Source: the human T2T-CHM13v2.0 reference genome, Homo sapiens. From it: 64,000 nucleotides of DNA. Positions 1 to 16,931 of this stretch are shown one piece after another (the first letter of the stretch is position 1; every line of letters starts with the position of its first letter). The notes beneath the pieces were generated by a model. That model worked only from the letters and a program-made list of their open reading frames with translations, was not told the origin of the DNA and ran no database searches. The position numbers were made by a program, and so were the translations under genes. The stretch lies in assembly GCF_009914755.1 (NCBI RefSeq), contig NC_060925.1; one strand, given 5' to 3'.

Positions 1-61
1 AGGGTTTCTGTGGCCTTCCGTCCTCCTACCCCTCCCCCAACACCAGATTCATCTTCTGTTT

Positions 62-113
62 AAAAACAAAAACAAAAAAAAGCACCATCAGTTCTAAGAC
101 ATTTCACTTTATT
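62..113 (-). terminator. IFFO2 polyadenylation signal AATAAA (113-108) with downstream GU/U-rich element
   Basis: Plus-strand tttatt at 108-113; plus aaaaacaaaaacaaaaaaaagcacc (62-86) reads as a U/GU-rich downstream element on the minus strand; several UGUA elements upstream (127-165). Confidence 0.85.
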
Positions 114-1494
114 TAAAAGAAGCCAATATACAGGATATAAAGGGCATGATATTTACAACAGTACAGTAAACAGGTTGGTTTCCGGTAGGATCAGTAGTCT
201 TTCCATGAGTATAAATCCCCCCCTTCCCTGTGATGCTAGACCCAGCTGGCAGACAACAGCAACGGTGGGGCAGGATCATGGGGTATAAAGTCTCCCTGGG
301 TGGGGCTAAAAATCAGGTAGATGCAAAAACATCCACAAGGGGTCTTGCAGGGAAGGGCTTTGCCTCATTTCTTTGAGGGCTTGGGAGGGAAGGGTCTTGG
401 TGAGGGATTTGCTCAGAACTAACACACAGCCCACCCTGAGCCTGGAAATCATCCATTCATAGAAAATTCCCTTCCAGAGAGAATCTGGCTTTACCTGCAC
501 CCACCCAGTCCCCTCCAGACTCCCCACTCCAGGAGAGAGCTCTTCTAGAGCCAGAGCTTGGTGTCTCAAGGGGGAAGACCCCTGTCCTAGGAAACCCCCA
601 GCACCCTGATCCCTCCCCCCAGGGCCCTGGGGGGAACATAGCAAGGACTGCAGCCCAGGCTTGGCCTGGAGTAGACACAGCCGGGGCTGGGCTATGAGCA
701 TCTTAAGCCATTTCCACTTCTGCTCCAGCTGCCTGACCACCTGGGACCCGCAAAGGCCCAGGCTCCAAGGAAGTCGTGTGCTCCCACTGTCACCCATGCT
801 CTGCTGCCTCCCAACCCTCTCCCAACGCAACTGGGTTGGAAATGGATCTCGGCAGACCAGAGTCAGAGTAACTAATTAATCAGAGCCTATCCCCAGAGCC
901 CAGCTTGTTCCCTCCCTAATGCGCCTTGTCCCTTCCCCCACCCACCACATTTCTGAATTTCCTGCAGCCCACCCACCCCCTCAGATCCCCACCCCAAGAC
1001 TTCCAAGGAGCTGAGGGGTCAGAGGAGAGGAGAATGGGGTGAAGTGGGACCTACACTCTGCTGAAGCTGCTCATGGGTGTGGATGACCAAAAGTGAGGAC
1101 AGAAGACGAGGCCAGGGGACAGGAATGGGTTCCATTCAATCCAGCAACAACATGCACCATGTCTCGTCCACAGGAAAATGCTGGGCTACCACAACTGCCT
1201 ACCCTAGATTAAAAAACCCTTCCTTTCATAAAAATAGATGAGAGTCTCTTGCTTTATAAATAGATTACATTTAGCTTAAGTTACATCTTATATTCTCCCC
1301 CACCCCACCCCCTCTCCTCCCACTCCAAGCTTAAGTGGTTTAATTCTCCCTAGGTCATCTGAGCTCTACCCACAGAGTTAGTCCACGATGGATTTGGCCC
1401 TTCAGGGACCTCAAGACATTTTCTCAAGACGAGAAAGAAAAATGTGTTGATTTGCCAATAATTTTTTTCTCTGTTCGGAGTCTCAGAGGAGTGC

Positions 1495-1496
<2 letters not shown>

Positions 1497-1528
<32 letters not shown>
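1497..1528 (+). repeat. (GT)n microsatellite in the 3'UTR ((CA)n in the mRNA)
   Basis: Direct observation. Confidence 0.95.
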
Positions 1529-1530
<2 letters not shown>

Positions 1531-1863
1531 TTCACAACCAACCAGGGAGCCAAAAGGATGCTAGTCTTCCTATCCCTCCCCAATCCTCTGTTTGTATAAA
1601 ACCCCCAAAAACAGGAGACAGAGGGCAGCGCAGGAGAGCCCATCTGAGAAAATTCTAAAATACCAGTGTCAATATGACACTGGGCTTAGAAATAGAAAGT
1701 CAAAATTAAGTATTTACAGCTTTACAAAGGATGGACCAATTCGTCCCAGCTAGGACTGGTGCTGCCCCAGCGAGCGTTGGGGTCTTTCTTGGCAAGCTGT
1801 GGGCTCATGGTGAGGGGACAAGCAGGGCCCACTGACATTAACTGAAAAAAGCATGTGGTGGAG

Positions 1864-1887
1864 AGGCAGGCAGGCAGGCAGGCAGGC
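1864..1887 (+). repeat. (GGCA)n short tetranucleotide repeat in the 3'UTR
   Basis: ggcaggcaggcaggcaggcaggcc. Confidence 0.8.
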
Positions 1888-4368
1888 CGGACCCAGGAAC
1901 CAGCCCAGGAGGCAGGCCCATCACACTCTGGCTTTCCCTCTCCTACCCACCTGCCCCAAGTCCTCACTCCCAAGAGGAGAGCAGATATTAAAAGCCAGCC
2001 AGAAGGGACTCTCAGGCCAGGATCTCTTTCTGGCTCCTGCAGTTTTCAAACTCCCTAGAGTACCCTAGTCCTCAAAGACAAATGACCTATGTATACAAGG
2101 AGGAAAGTAAAAATAATACCGCCGGACACCGATAACCACAGTAACCTTAGTTACTCCCATGCTAACACTGCTGCCTTACAGTCTTAAGTCTAAAGATATA
2201 TCTGTCACCCTCCCACCACCTTGGGGAACAACCCAGGGCCGGCTTCCACGCTGCCCACGAAACTCCCATACCACATTGTCCAATGCCTCCCTCGGCCCTG
2301 GACGGAGGAGACCCACGAGGGTGGATGTTTTCCTGCCCTCGAGGAAACGGAAAATCTTTTTAGCAGCTGAGGTCCAAGCCCAACTGGCTCTGATAACCTT
2401 TGGTTAAAATAAAAATTCAACAACAATAACAACAAGAATCAGGTATGTTTGAACCCTGTAACCTTTAGAACAAGGGTGAGTGAGGAGAGAGAAGGGCCGT
2501 CTCTCTTCCAAAACCATTGTCCCTCCAAGTACCTGTCAAAGGGAACTGTTTGGCTAACAAGAGATGCTGACTATGGAAGTGTCACAGCCAGACTGCCACA
2601 GGGGACCCGTGGGAGGTGCCCCCAGCAAAAGAAAACAAAGGAAAAAACTCATGACGAAGGCCACCAAATCGTGATAAATTACATCACACATAGTCACTAA
2701 CACATTCTCACGCTCTCTCTCTCTCTCTACATATATCTTTTATGTACAGTATTTTTAAGACTGTAACACAGGTGGGGGAAACAGAAAAGAGAGAAGAGCC
2801 TTAAAGGCCACGGACCCCTGGGGACCACAATCCCAGTCAAACCCAGAGCCCCCTCCTTCTGCCTCCAGGCAAGGCAGAGGGACCCAAGTTCTAGTCCTTG
2901 GGCACATTTTGCTACCTTGACCACTAGAGGGAGCTCCTGGGACAATAAAAAATTAAAATTGGCAACAGACCCACTGCAGTAGGCTTAAAAAATAATAATA
3001 AAGCAAAGCCTGCTCAGCTGGCTCCAAGCTGAGATTTGGAAGGGGGCCACACAGTGCCCTTCAACGCAGTCCCACTCAAGCCATTCAAGTCTTGGGGGAT
3101 GCTGGCTCAGATCAATACCCCGACTGGCCAGTCGAGGGAACTGCTGAGAGCGGCTTGCGTGTGTCGAGGAGCAGAAAGAGGATGGCCCTCACTCCAGCTC
3201 CTGCACTGCCAGCAGCCCACCCTGCTTCTCTCCTGCCAGCAGCCAAAAGCAGGCAACTGCCGGACAGTCCTAACCCAAGGCGGGTAGAAGGGAGCAGAGA
3301 CCAGGCCTGGCCCCTTCAGACTTTCTCACAGAGAAATTACAGATCTCTAAGCCTCTATTGTTGGCTGGCGAGGGAGGGAAGAACATCAAGTTATCAGGGA
3401 AATCAAGGATCCCTCCGCCCCCGCCCTGAACCCAGAGGTCCGGAAGGAAGCAAGCGGTCAGGGAGGCCAGTGCCTTGCGGGAACCCCAGCCTCATGACCA
3501 ACCTCGGCCAAACCCACACTACCCAGTCAGTGCTGCCACACAGATCACCCTAACCCCGGCCTCTCTCCCAGCTCCAGGGGGAAGCCAGGAGCCCAGGAGA
3601 GGTCCTGCCTTCCACAATGATATAAGGCAAGCTGCTTTTGTTGTTTGTTTTGTTTTTTGCATAGTAGTTTAAACACAGTGAGGCTCTGCCTTCCCCTCAC
3701 AGTGCCTTGTCCCTTCAACTTTGCCACTCGATCCCCCCAAAAAATTAAAATGTGTCCTCCTTCCCTTCCTTCCACCTTTCTCTCCTTCAGGGAGTGAGAA
3801 AATTGGGGTGGTCCCTACCCAGGCCTAGAAAGCTCACAGAGGCAAGCGGCTCCTTCCTGGGGGTTGGCAGAGCACCCCAAGCTCCAGGCCGAGTCTGGGC
3901 TGGCTCAGGAGGAAGGGAGGGCATAGCCCATGGCCAATCAGAGGAGCAGGTGGGACGGACGGCAGAAACCACATTACACCACGGCCGGTTGGCCCGGCCC
4001 TCAGCTTAGAGTTCTGTATAAAAACACCTGCTAGGAATAATTCTTTGGAGCTCAAAGTGGCTCAGCTTAAGGGAGAAGGCACAGTTAACACTGCAAAGTC
4101 CGCACAGAAGTCTGCATTTGTAATGTGGAGAACAATAGAAATTGACAGCACCATTCCTTGGGTGGGTGGGGGATGGAGACGGGGCACCCGTTGGTGGTGT
4201 GGAAGGAAGGAAGGAAGCAGCAGTCCCTCAGGGCCTCCAGAGAAGGGAGGGCAGAGAAAGTCTGTGTGGTGTGGCTTCGAACCCCACTCCGAGGGGCCTT
4301 CCTGGCCCCATGAGGAGAGGTGGCAGGGCCCCATCACCAAGACCACCAGGCTCGCAGGGCCTCAGTCA

Positions 4369-4530
<162 letters not shown>

Positions 4531-5247
4531 TCAAGGAGTGGGAAGGCTGAGCTGCCACTTCTATAAGATCTACTCTCAGAGGGGCCTGGTCCTGAGCTCC
4601 TGCCTCACTCAGCTATCCTTAAGATCCTTTAAGCTCACGAGGTAACCCCCTGCACCAGCCCCTACTTGGTCTGGCTGTGTTGGCTTCTCTAGGAAGAAAG
4701 CCCCTTGGGAGCTGGACCGTGGATCAAGTTTGGCTGTTACTCTCCAAGCACCTAACCCATGTCTGGGCATATAGTAGGTGCTAAGTAAAACCTGAATGAC
4801 TCAGAGCTCAAAAGGAGGCCATGCGGGATATGGTTAACATCACTGGGGTGCAGTTCTGATTCTATCTCGGATGAGCTGGGGGTGGGGGAACTTGGGCAAA
4901 CCGTTTAACCTGCCTGAGCGTCTGCTCTTCTGTCTGGATAATGGAGATAACCACACTGGGTTCTGGGGGTTTGAGGAGTTAAAGGTCTGAAAGGCAAGGC
5001 TACGGCCCTGCACACAGATCTGGCCCCCACAGAGCTGTCCCTCCCTCTCGTACAGTAATGCAGCAAAACGAGGAAAACAGTGACAACGTATTTGTGCTGT
5101 GTGGCAGGCATTCTCCTCATATTAGCTCATTCTCAGCGTGGCTGTCCCCCGATAAGGCTGTGTGTCTTTGAAGGCAGGGGCTCTGCTTTATGTGCCATGC
5201 CTGACACTTGTCAGTCTCCTGGGGACAGGCCCTGGGTTGGAAGAGGA

Positions 5248-5744
<497 letters not shown>

Positions 5745-5908
5745 GATGGGAAAGGAAGGGAAATCACTTCCTGTGAGCAAATGGGAGCATGCCCTGTCCA
5801 CCTCTGCTCCCCATTTCAGCAGAAAATGGGGCTTAAGCTCCTTGAGGGCAGGGGCTATACTTACTGGCCCCACCGTCTTGCACAGAGCAGGCCTTTGGCA
5901 AGTATCTA

Positions 5909-6577
<669 letters not shown>

Positions 6578-7014
6578 TTATCCAGACCTGATTACAAAAA
6601 TCCTGAAGGCTTTTTCATGTTTCTGACTCTTGTCCTCTATCAAGTGATACTTCCTCTAGGGAAGGAGCTGGGCTTCCCTTTCTCCTGCATAATAGCAATG
6701 ACTATCGTTTATAGAAGTGATCACATGCACAGCCTCTGGAGCCAGAGAGAATTATACTTCAATGCTGCTTCCTGGCCGCAAGGCCTTGGGCAAGTCACTT
6801 GGTCCTTTCCAGCCTCATCTCCTCCTCTGTAAAAGGGGTGCACGGTGCCTACTGCATAGGGCACAGGTAAGGATACCGGGCATACTCAGCACCTTGTGTC
6901 ACTCACTATCACTCGAATGTCAGCTCTGTGGTTATTATGGGATCATCTCAGCTACATATATTCTTTCTAATTCTCTGAGGCAGGCAAGGATCACCACCCC
7001 CATTTGACAGATTA

Positions 7015-8043
<1,029 letters not shown>

Positions 8044-9611
8044 TTATCCAAAAGGAGTTTAACTCTTTTAAAATGCAGAATGTATTTATGTATTGCTTGT
8101 ACAATTAAAAATGTGTATTTTTTTTTAATGTCAGGCTTTAATTAATTGGGACTAAAGATATTTTCCTCCAAGTCCAATCTTGCAATTTTCCTCATTCATT
8201 TAACAGCTATTTCTTGAGCCTCTAGTTTGAGTGAGATGTTCAATATAATATCATTTTCTCTGCAATTTGGAAAGGTTGGTATTATACCTATTTTACAGAT
8301 GAAGAAATGGTGGCTCAGAAAGGATAACTCAACTGTCTAAAGCCACACAGCTAGCATGTAGCAGAAATAGGCTAGAATGCCGAATGTTTCTGTTTCCTAC
8401 AGTTTTTTCCTCCCCATCAAGACACTCCCCAAGCACCCATTAGGTGCTGGGCACTGGACCAGCCACTAAGCATGCAGCAAAATGCAACGCCCTCAAAACA
8501 ATTCCACCCTCAAAACAATCCTATGAGGTAAGCATAACTATCGTTCCCATTTTGCAGGTGAGGAAACAGAGGCTCAGAGGGATTCAGTGGCCTTCTAGAC
8601 CAATACATGCTGGAAATGAGATTTGAATTCAAAGCCTGGGAGATGTCAAGACCTCCCTATTGGCTAGAACTAGAAGTAGGTTGACCAACCAGGCAGGTTT
8701 GCCTGGGACTAAGGGGTTCCCAAGATGCCTTGGTTACCCCAACTGGAGGAGACCTAAAGATCAGCTCATCCAACATACCCCTATTTCCAAGGGGAAGGCT
8801 GAGTCTGTAGGAGTGAAATCACTTGACTCAGTGCATCGGTAGCACAGGACAATGTGGACCCTGTCTCCAGGCTGCCATCCCAGGGCTCTCCCCATTGCCT
8901 GCCCTCCCTCAACTCCTTCCTGGATCCTCCAGAGCAACAATGAGTGTTCCCAATGGACTGGGTTGGGGACTGGGCCGGTCCCAAGAAGGCCGTCTGGTAA
9001 AAAGCTGCCTCGAGCGCCCCCTGGAGTCAGGCCGGGCCGGCTCCCCTCCAAAAGCCATTCCCACAGGAGCCCATAGGTGGCTCCCCGAGTCCAGGGTCCT
9101 GAGCTGGTAGGGGGTGGGTGCTGGAGAGGGCCGTGTGGCCCGGAGCCGCCAGGGTCCAGTGGTCACTGCATCACACACTCAATTCCTGACTTCACTTCCT
9201 TCCCAGCGTCTGGGATCTGAAGGAAACCCCAGCCGAGGGACAGGAAGCTGGAAAGGACAGAAAGACGGGCAAGAGAAGGGACTCGGAAGAGGCCTCCACT
9301 TCACAAATCTGCGGAGTGGGGCTGAGGAGGAGCCTTGGCCCCAGCGGGGGAGACCCACACGTTCCCCCTCTTCTCCTTGGTCTGAAGCCCAAACAACCGA
9401 CTTGGATCAAAACAAAACACAACTGTAACACGGCTGCATTATTCAAACACTTCATCAGATCTGGCCAGGGGCAGCCTGGCTAGGGTCCTGCCCACAGCTG
9501 GTGGAGATGTCCATGGGAAAGGCCCAGGGCCCCGCCTGGGGTGGGGTCAGGGCGGCCCACACAGAACTGCAGAATGGGGGTGGGGGGTGATCAAAGTGAT
9601 CAGAGGTTTCG

Positions 9612-9936
9612 TTGTTTGTTGTTGTTGTTGTTTTTTGTTTGTTTGTTTGTTTGTTTGAGACGGAGTCTCGCTGTCGCCCAGGCTGGAGTGCAGTGGTGCG
9701 ATCTCGGCTCACTGCAGGCTCCGCCCCCTGGGGTTCACGCCATTCTCCTGCCTCAGCCTCCTGCGTAGCTGGGACTACAGGCGCCCGCCACCACGCCCGG
9801 CTAATTTTTTGTATTTTTAGTAGAGACAGCGTTTCACTGTGTTAGCCAGGATGGTCTCGATCTCCTGACCTCGTGATCCGCCTGCCTCGGCCTCCCAAAG
9901 TGCTGGGATTACAGGCGTGAGCCACCGCGCCCGGCC
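9612..9936 (-). mobile_element. AluY-type element, intron 5
   Basis: Diagnostic gttagccaggatggtctcgatctcctgacctcgtgatccg; CpG-rich. Confidence 0.9.
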
Positions 9937-10340
9937 TGTTTGTTTTAACTTAGGTAACTTTACAACCAGCTAAATCGAATTCCATACTGATCCCACTTTA
10001 GCTCTATCAACACAGAGGCGCCCACTCCTGCAGCCAGTCTCGCCTGACTTGGATCTGAATGCTCTTTCTACACACTGGAGCCTTTGCCCATGGGGCCCCC
10101 TGGCTTCCACTCTGATCTGTCTCCTTTTTAGCTCACTCCATTGCTGGTCAGCTTAACAATGCCCTGGGGACTTTATAAAAGCAGGGACAACAATTTCTTC
10201 AGATAAGTCCTTTAATTTAACCACATGGACCCAGCCTGGGATCTCCGGGACATACAATCCTGTCTTAGGGCTCAGAAGTGCCCAGGGCAACGTTCAGAAA
10301 ACCTAGACCCAACCACTGCTTCTTTCCAAAAGCCCCTATT

Positions 10341-10693
<353 letters not shown>

Positions 10694-11652
10694 TCAAAAG
10701 AGGAATCAAGAATCTAGGGGTCTCCTTATCACCCTTAAATAGCAAACCCCCAAAATACAGCTCCGATCCCAGTTCTGTTTCAAGGGAATGGCAGGTCCAG
10801 GAAGTATCAGGCAAAAGAGTTCCTGTCCCCACCCAGTTCCAACCCTGCCTCTGCCTCCTGTCTACCTTAAAAGTCAGCCTAGAATAGGGACAGAAGAGAG
10901 AATTCTCTTCCAGGCATGGCGTGGGGGACAAAGCACTGGACCAAGAGTTGGGGGCCTGGCTCTGTGTGCCCCTCTGAGTCCATTCTCTCATTTGTACAAT
11001 GAAGTGGCTGGGCAGAGTGAGCTCTGGACTATGGAATTCTGAGCCAGCCTCAGAGCTCTGCAGGGAGGTTAGGAGAGCCCGTGCCCTGGGCTTTTGAAAC
11101 AAATGATGTCAAAGGCATCTGCTAGAAGGAGCATGCCCTCTCTGGGGGGCTTCCGGGAGGTGGCAGAGCCTCCCAGAGCTCTGATTGGTAGCATTTGCTG
11201 ATTTCCTGCAATGGCAAATTTTAAGGTACTAATATGACATCACTGAGCCTGGAGTGGGTATAGCAGCTTCTAAGAGCTGGCGCCAGCAGGCTCGCCCACC
11301 ACTGATCATACCCAGCCCAGACCCTGCCACCACCCCAAGCAGTGTTTCCTACTGACAGCGTACTAGCGTGGGAGGCAGCCTGGCTCTGAATCCCAGCTCA
11401 GCCACATACTAGCTGAGTGGTGTTACCCAAGTCCCTTCTCCTCTCAGAGTCTCAGTTTCCCTGTCTACAAAAGGGGAGTGATACCCCATCTCCTAGGATG
11501 GGCGTCTGGAGTGAGCAAAGTGACATTTGTGAAGCCCCCTCCAAGCGAACATCAGGAGCCATTTCTGCAAGCCGTGCGGTCAACACAGCCAGCCCACCAA
11601 GGGAAACTAGTGCAGGTGGGTCTGGTTAAGGTCTGCTCAAGAACGGCCCACA

Positions 11653-11943
<291 letters not shown>

Positions 11944-12293
11944 TAGCCTACAAATAAGACCACATCTGCCATTGCCCCTTCTGGGTTCATGACATCCTCA
12001 GACACAGACATGTCCAGAGAGAGGACAGCCCAGCCCCTGTATCTCATGGGCAAGAACACCCCTTCTCCCACCGCTTTTTTGGAGGAAGCTTTCGAAGGAA
12101 AGGCAGGAGAATGGCAGACAGGGAACATAAAGGATGCTGGCGAATGGAAGAGTATGCGCCTGTCCAGATTCAGCAGCTGCCATCCAGCCCTGTCAACTGT
12201 GCCCCAGGCTCAGCAATGCCTGACCTCCTCGAGCTTCCAAGAGAGGCTGAACATATGAAATTTCCCAAATTACAAATGTTGAAAATGAGTCTT

Positions 12294-12593
12294 GGCTGTG
12301 TGCAGTGGTTCACGCCTGTAATCCCAGCACTTTGGGAGGCCAAGGCAGAAGCATCGCTTGAGCTCAGGAATTTGAGACCAGCCTGGGCAACACAGTGAGA
12401 CCCTGTCTCTACAAAAAAATTTAAAAATTAGCTGGGCATGGTGGCACATGCCTGTGCTCCCAACTACTTGGGAGGCTGAGATGAAAGGATCCCTAAACCC
12501 AAGAGGTTGAGGCTGCAGTGAGCTGTGACCATGCCGCCGCACTCCAGCCTCCAGCCTGGGTGACAAAGTGAGACCCTGTCTCAAAAAAAAAAA
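12294..12593 (+). mobile_element. AluJ-type element, intron 5
   Basis: Dimeric Alu with J-type gcttgagc.cagga and aggttgaggctgcagtgagc. Confidence 0.88.
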
Positions 12594-12711
12594 GGAAATG
12601 AATTCAAATTCTTCCAGTGCTGCAGGCTACTCTCAGCCCAAGCCTCCCATTCACCGCCCCTGTGCAAGCAATCCGGGGAAACGGAGAGTGTGCGGGCCAC
12701 GGGGATACTCA

Positions 12712-12894
<183 letters not shown>

Positions 12895-14036
12895 CTAGGA
12901 TGGAGGGTAGGGGTGAACTGGGAAGGGAGCCGGCATCTCACAGGATGATGAGCGTGACTGGGGCCGGCCAGTGCCAGGAAAGGTGCAGGTCCTCTAAGAA
13001 GCAGGCGGCGTTAGCAGGAAGCGCGAGGTGGGAGACATGCAGGGGGACACAGACGGCCTGGACTCTTCCCTGCCCTGGGCGGCCTGGTGGGTGCGCCGGC
13101 TCGGCTCGCCCTTTTACCACAGAAGCAGCCCCACAGTTTGGGGAGAGGAGCAGGCCAGACCGGGACACAGAGTTGCCTGGGATATCTCAGAGCCAGCCAG
13201 AGAGATGGAGAACCCCTGACAAAGGCTATACGGCCCCATGCTGACCAGAGCCCTCCTGCTCACATGCAAAGGCAAAGGACAGACGGCCCAAGGTTCACCG
13301 AAAGCTTCCACTCCAAGCAGACAAGCCACGAGCAAACGAAGGCTGCGTTGGCCTCCCCTGCTTCCCGGCAGAGGGACAGCAAGAAGGCATGGAGGTGGAG
13401 AGAGGGCCCCAGGGAGGCCCAGATCTGGCCCAGCGACGTCAAAGTCACACACACAGAGCGACAACACACCGTATTGCCCTGGGCTCAAGCAAAAGCCAAA
13501 CCACAACCCGAAACTCAAGAAGCAGCCTTCGGAGAATGACATGTGCCTCATTCGGCTGGACTGGCCCCCCAAGCCCTCTCTGGAAGACAGCCTCACTGGC
13601 GCTAACCTGATCGCCGTCTCTCGGGGGCACCCACACTTGCACGTTAGGTCGGGGGGGTATCGAGAGCCTCTTTGGGGTGGAATGAAAAATAGTCAAAGGC
13701 CAACAGCTCCTCTTCTGAACTCTGAGGCCCCTCTACCAGAGCTCAGGCCAGCTCCCCCACTTCTCCCCATAACCTGGCCAGGGTTCCCCAACCGTGGGGA
13801 TGATGCCCAGTTCTGGCACCCAGAGGAAGGGGCAGGAAGCGGGACAATGGGTACAGTGTGGGCTGGTGAACCAAGCCCTGGAGGGGCAGGAGACTGATTT
13901 CTGCCACTTCCTTCCGTGAGCACAGCACATCACCCTCTGGGCCTCGGTCTCCCCAGCCATAGGATGAAGCAGTCAGACGAGCCTATGAGTCCACGGGTGC
14001 CTGATTCTACGTTTTCCTGGGGAGGCCACAGGGTCA

Positions 14037-14333
<297 letters not shown>

Positions 14334-15457
14334 TTACATGAGCGAGGGATGGAGCAAGCCTGGGGGGCTTGGCAGAGAGGTGGGGAGACCCCTAGGTGTC
14401 AGCAGGGGTGGTGCGGGGAGGCCTCCAGAGTCCGAGGGTGCCTTGGGCTTTTCCGTGGAGTGGAGGGCTGCGGCGGCACTGGTCAGGGTGGGATGGGGTT
14501 GGGGCCTTGGGAGTCAGGGGCCAGTGTGACGCCGTGTGTGCTGCTCTCCCTAAGGGCTGGAAGGCATCCTCCCAGCAGACACAGGGTCCGTGTTCACTTT
14601 GTTAGAGCGAAGAAAAAAGACAACTCCCGCTGGAGAAAGACAGCCCTTCTTTTCCCACCGGCACACCCCACCTGTCCCCCACACAGGCAGCTCTCTCTCC
14701 TGGATGCCTCCCAAGGCCGGCAGTGGGAGTCACTGAGGACCACAGGGTTGATCCCCTTGGACACAAGTGAGAGGGAGCCCAGTGGCCTCCAACTAGGGTC
14801 CTGGGAGGCTTCTACCAACCACACCCAGCTTCACGTCCCTCCACACCAGGAGCCATGCCAGGCTCAGTCACCCACGTTCTGGCCCCTTCTGCCTTCTGGT
14901 GGGGTCTCCCCCTGTACTGCCCACTGTTTGAAGGGGAGGAGACCTGGGTCCCCAGCAGCAAGGAGCCCTTTGCTGCCAACAGCTCCCCCCACCCACAGAT
15001 ACTTAGAGGGGCCCCAGATTGTCAAAAAGACACGCGCACTGGCCTTTCCTGACCTCATGGAGCAACCCTGCCAAAGGCCGCTGGGCCTGCGAGTCTCTCA
15101 GGCCCGCACAGACCAGACGGCACCTGGCCCAACCTGCCAGACGCCCTGCTACGCCCAGACACCGAGGCCTGCCCTCATCAAGGCGAGCTGGGAAGGAGTG
15201 GGAGCAAACACACACAGACCATCAGGGGAGCCCGGGGGAGGGCGGGATAGGTTAAGCGGCAGATTAATGCATCTCTACTCAGACCGAGGGAAGCAGAAGT
15301 GGGGAGGGGGCGGGAGGAGGGTGCCTGGTCTCCGATGCATCCAATGCATCCGTCATCCTCATGGTCAAACACAGCCAGCCAGGATTCTAACTAGAAGCCG
15401 AGCCCCGGAGCCTCGGAGGGAATGAAGCATTTTGCATGATGGGTGTGGGGGAGGTCA

Positions 15458-15664
<207 letters not shown>

Positions 15665-16870
15665 CTAGGCACCCGATGTCCACCCCAGCTGGGCACCTGC
15701 AGCCAGGGAAGGGGCACCAAGGACCTCATCCCAGCCTGACTTCCCACTGAACACTGTTGACTGCTTAAAACACTTTTCAAAGCGTTATCTATTACGTGGG
15801 AAAATCCATGGAAGGTATTAAAAGAGCAGGTTAATTAACAAGCAATCCTATTACGTTAAAAATATGAGATCAATCCGTGTGAAACTGCCAGTATTGGGCC
15901 ATCTCTGCTTTCAAAAATGACAATGTCATGTGTGTCGACCTAACATGCGTCTGAAGAGCGTGGGTGTGTGTCCACACAGACAAGATCGGAAGGTCACACG
16001 CCAGTTTTTCAACTGTGGAAGGAGGAACTGGAAATAATTTTTATTTTTGGGCTTTTCTATAGTTTCCACATATTTGACGATGAACCCGTTAAATTTATAA
16101 AGAAAAAAGCCCTTTCATTATAAAAGAAAGGGAGATATTCAACCTTTTCCTTCTACGCATTGACAATTATCTTAATCTGTCTCTAACTGTCTTAGACGAC
16201 AAATGCTTTCAGTATCAGAACGCAATTTCTAGACATTTTTGGAAGAACTTTTCATGCCTTCTCATGGGGTTGCTACTCTTGCTCCCACTTGTCAGAGAGG
16301 AAAATAGAGGCTGAGAAGACGAGGTTTGCTGCCCAGGTTACACCGCAGGTGGGGGAGTTGCAGAGCCCAGAATGCAGAGATTCCAGCTAGAGCAGCAAGG
16401 GGAATGTTCCCAAATGCCCACCACAGAGAGCCTGCTCAGGCTGGGAGCCCACCTGCGACGTGCCCACCTGCCCTCTCCAAGGCCTTCAGCCCCAACCGAG
16501 GGCACCCTTCTTGCTTGGGGGCTTACAAACCACCTAGTCCAAGCCTCAGGTGGGGAGACAGTGACGGGTGAGAAGGGTCGCTGGTCCCAGGTCATACAGC
16601 AGCTGGGACTTGCACCCCGGGACCTGGACCCAGGCTTCTCAACCCCTGCATCAGAGCTCTTGTGCAACACTGTGCTGGTCCATTCCTAGCTTCCAAGCAG
16701 AGGAAGTGGAAGGGATCTCTTGGCTCCATAAAGGAGAGACTGAGGTGGTAGGAGGTAACAGAGTAGGGGCTGTGCAAGAATTTCCTGGCTTTGCCGCATG
16801 AAGACTGTGCCCCTTGGCCACATGACTCTCTGGCGTGCCTCTCCTGGTCGGGATATCGGAGGGCTCTTAC

Positions 16871-16931
16871 CTCCTGCAGCGTGTCCACCATGGTCTGAAG
16901 GTTCATGCGCTTGGCGAGCTCCTCCTCCCAC
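16871..16931 (-). CDS. IFFO2: IFFO2 exon 2 (R-WEEELAKRMNLQTMVDTLQE)
   Basis: ttttgcag|G acceptor, GAG|gtaag donor, 61 nt; restores phase 0 after exon 1. Confidence 0.95.

Larger units (their letters stand above)
90..4368 (-). other. IFFO2: IFFO2 3'UTR (~4.3 kb)
   Basis: Repeat-poor stretch between the stop codon and the canonical poly(A) signal; 3' end approximate. Confidence 0.85.
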
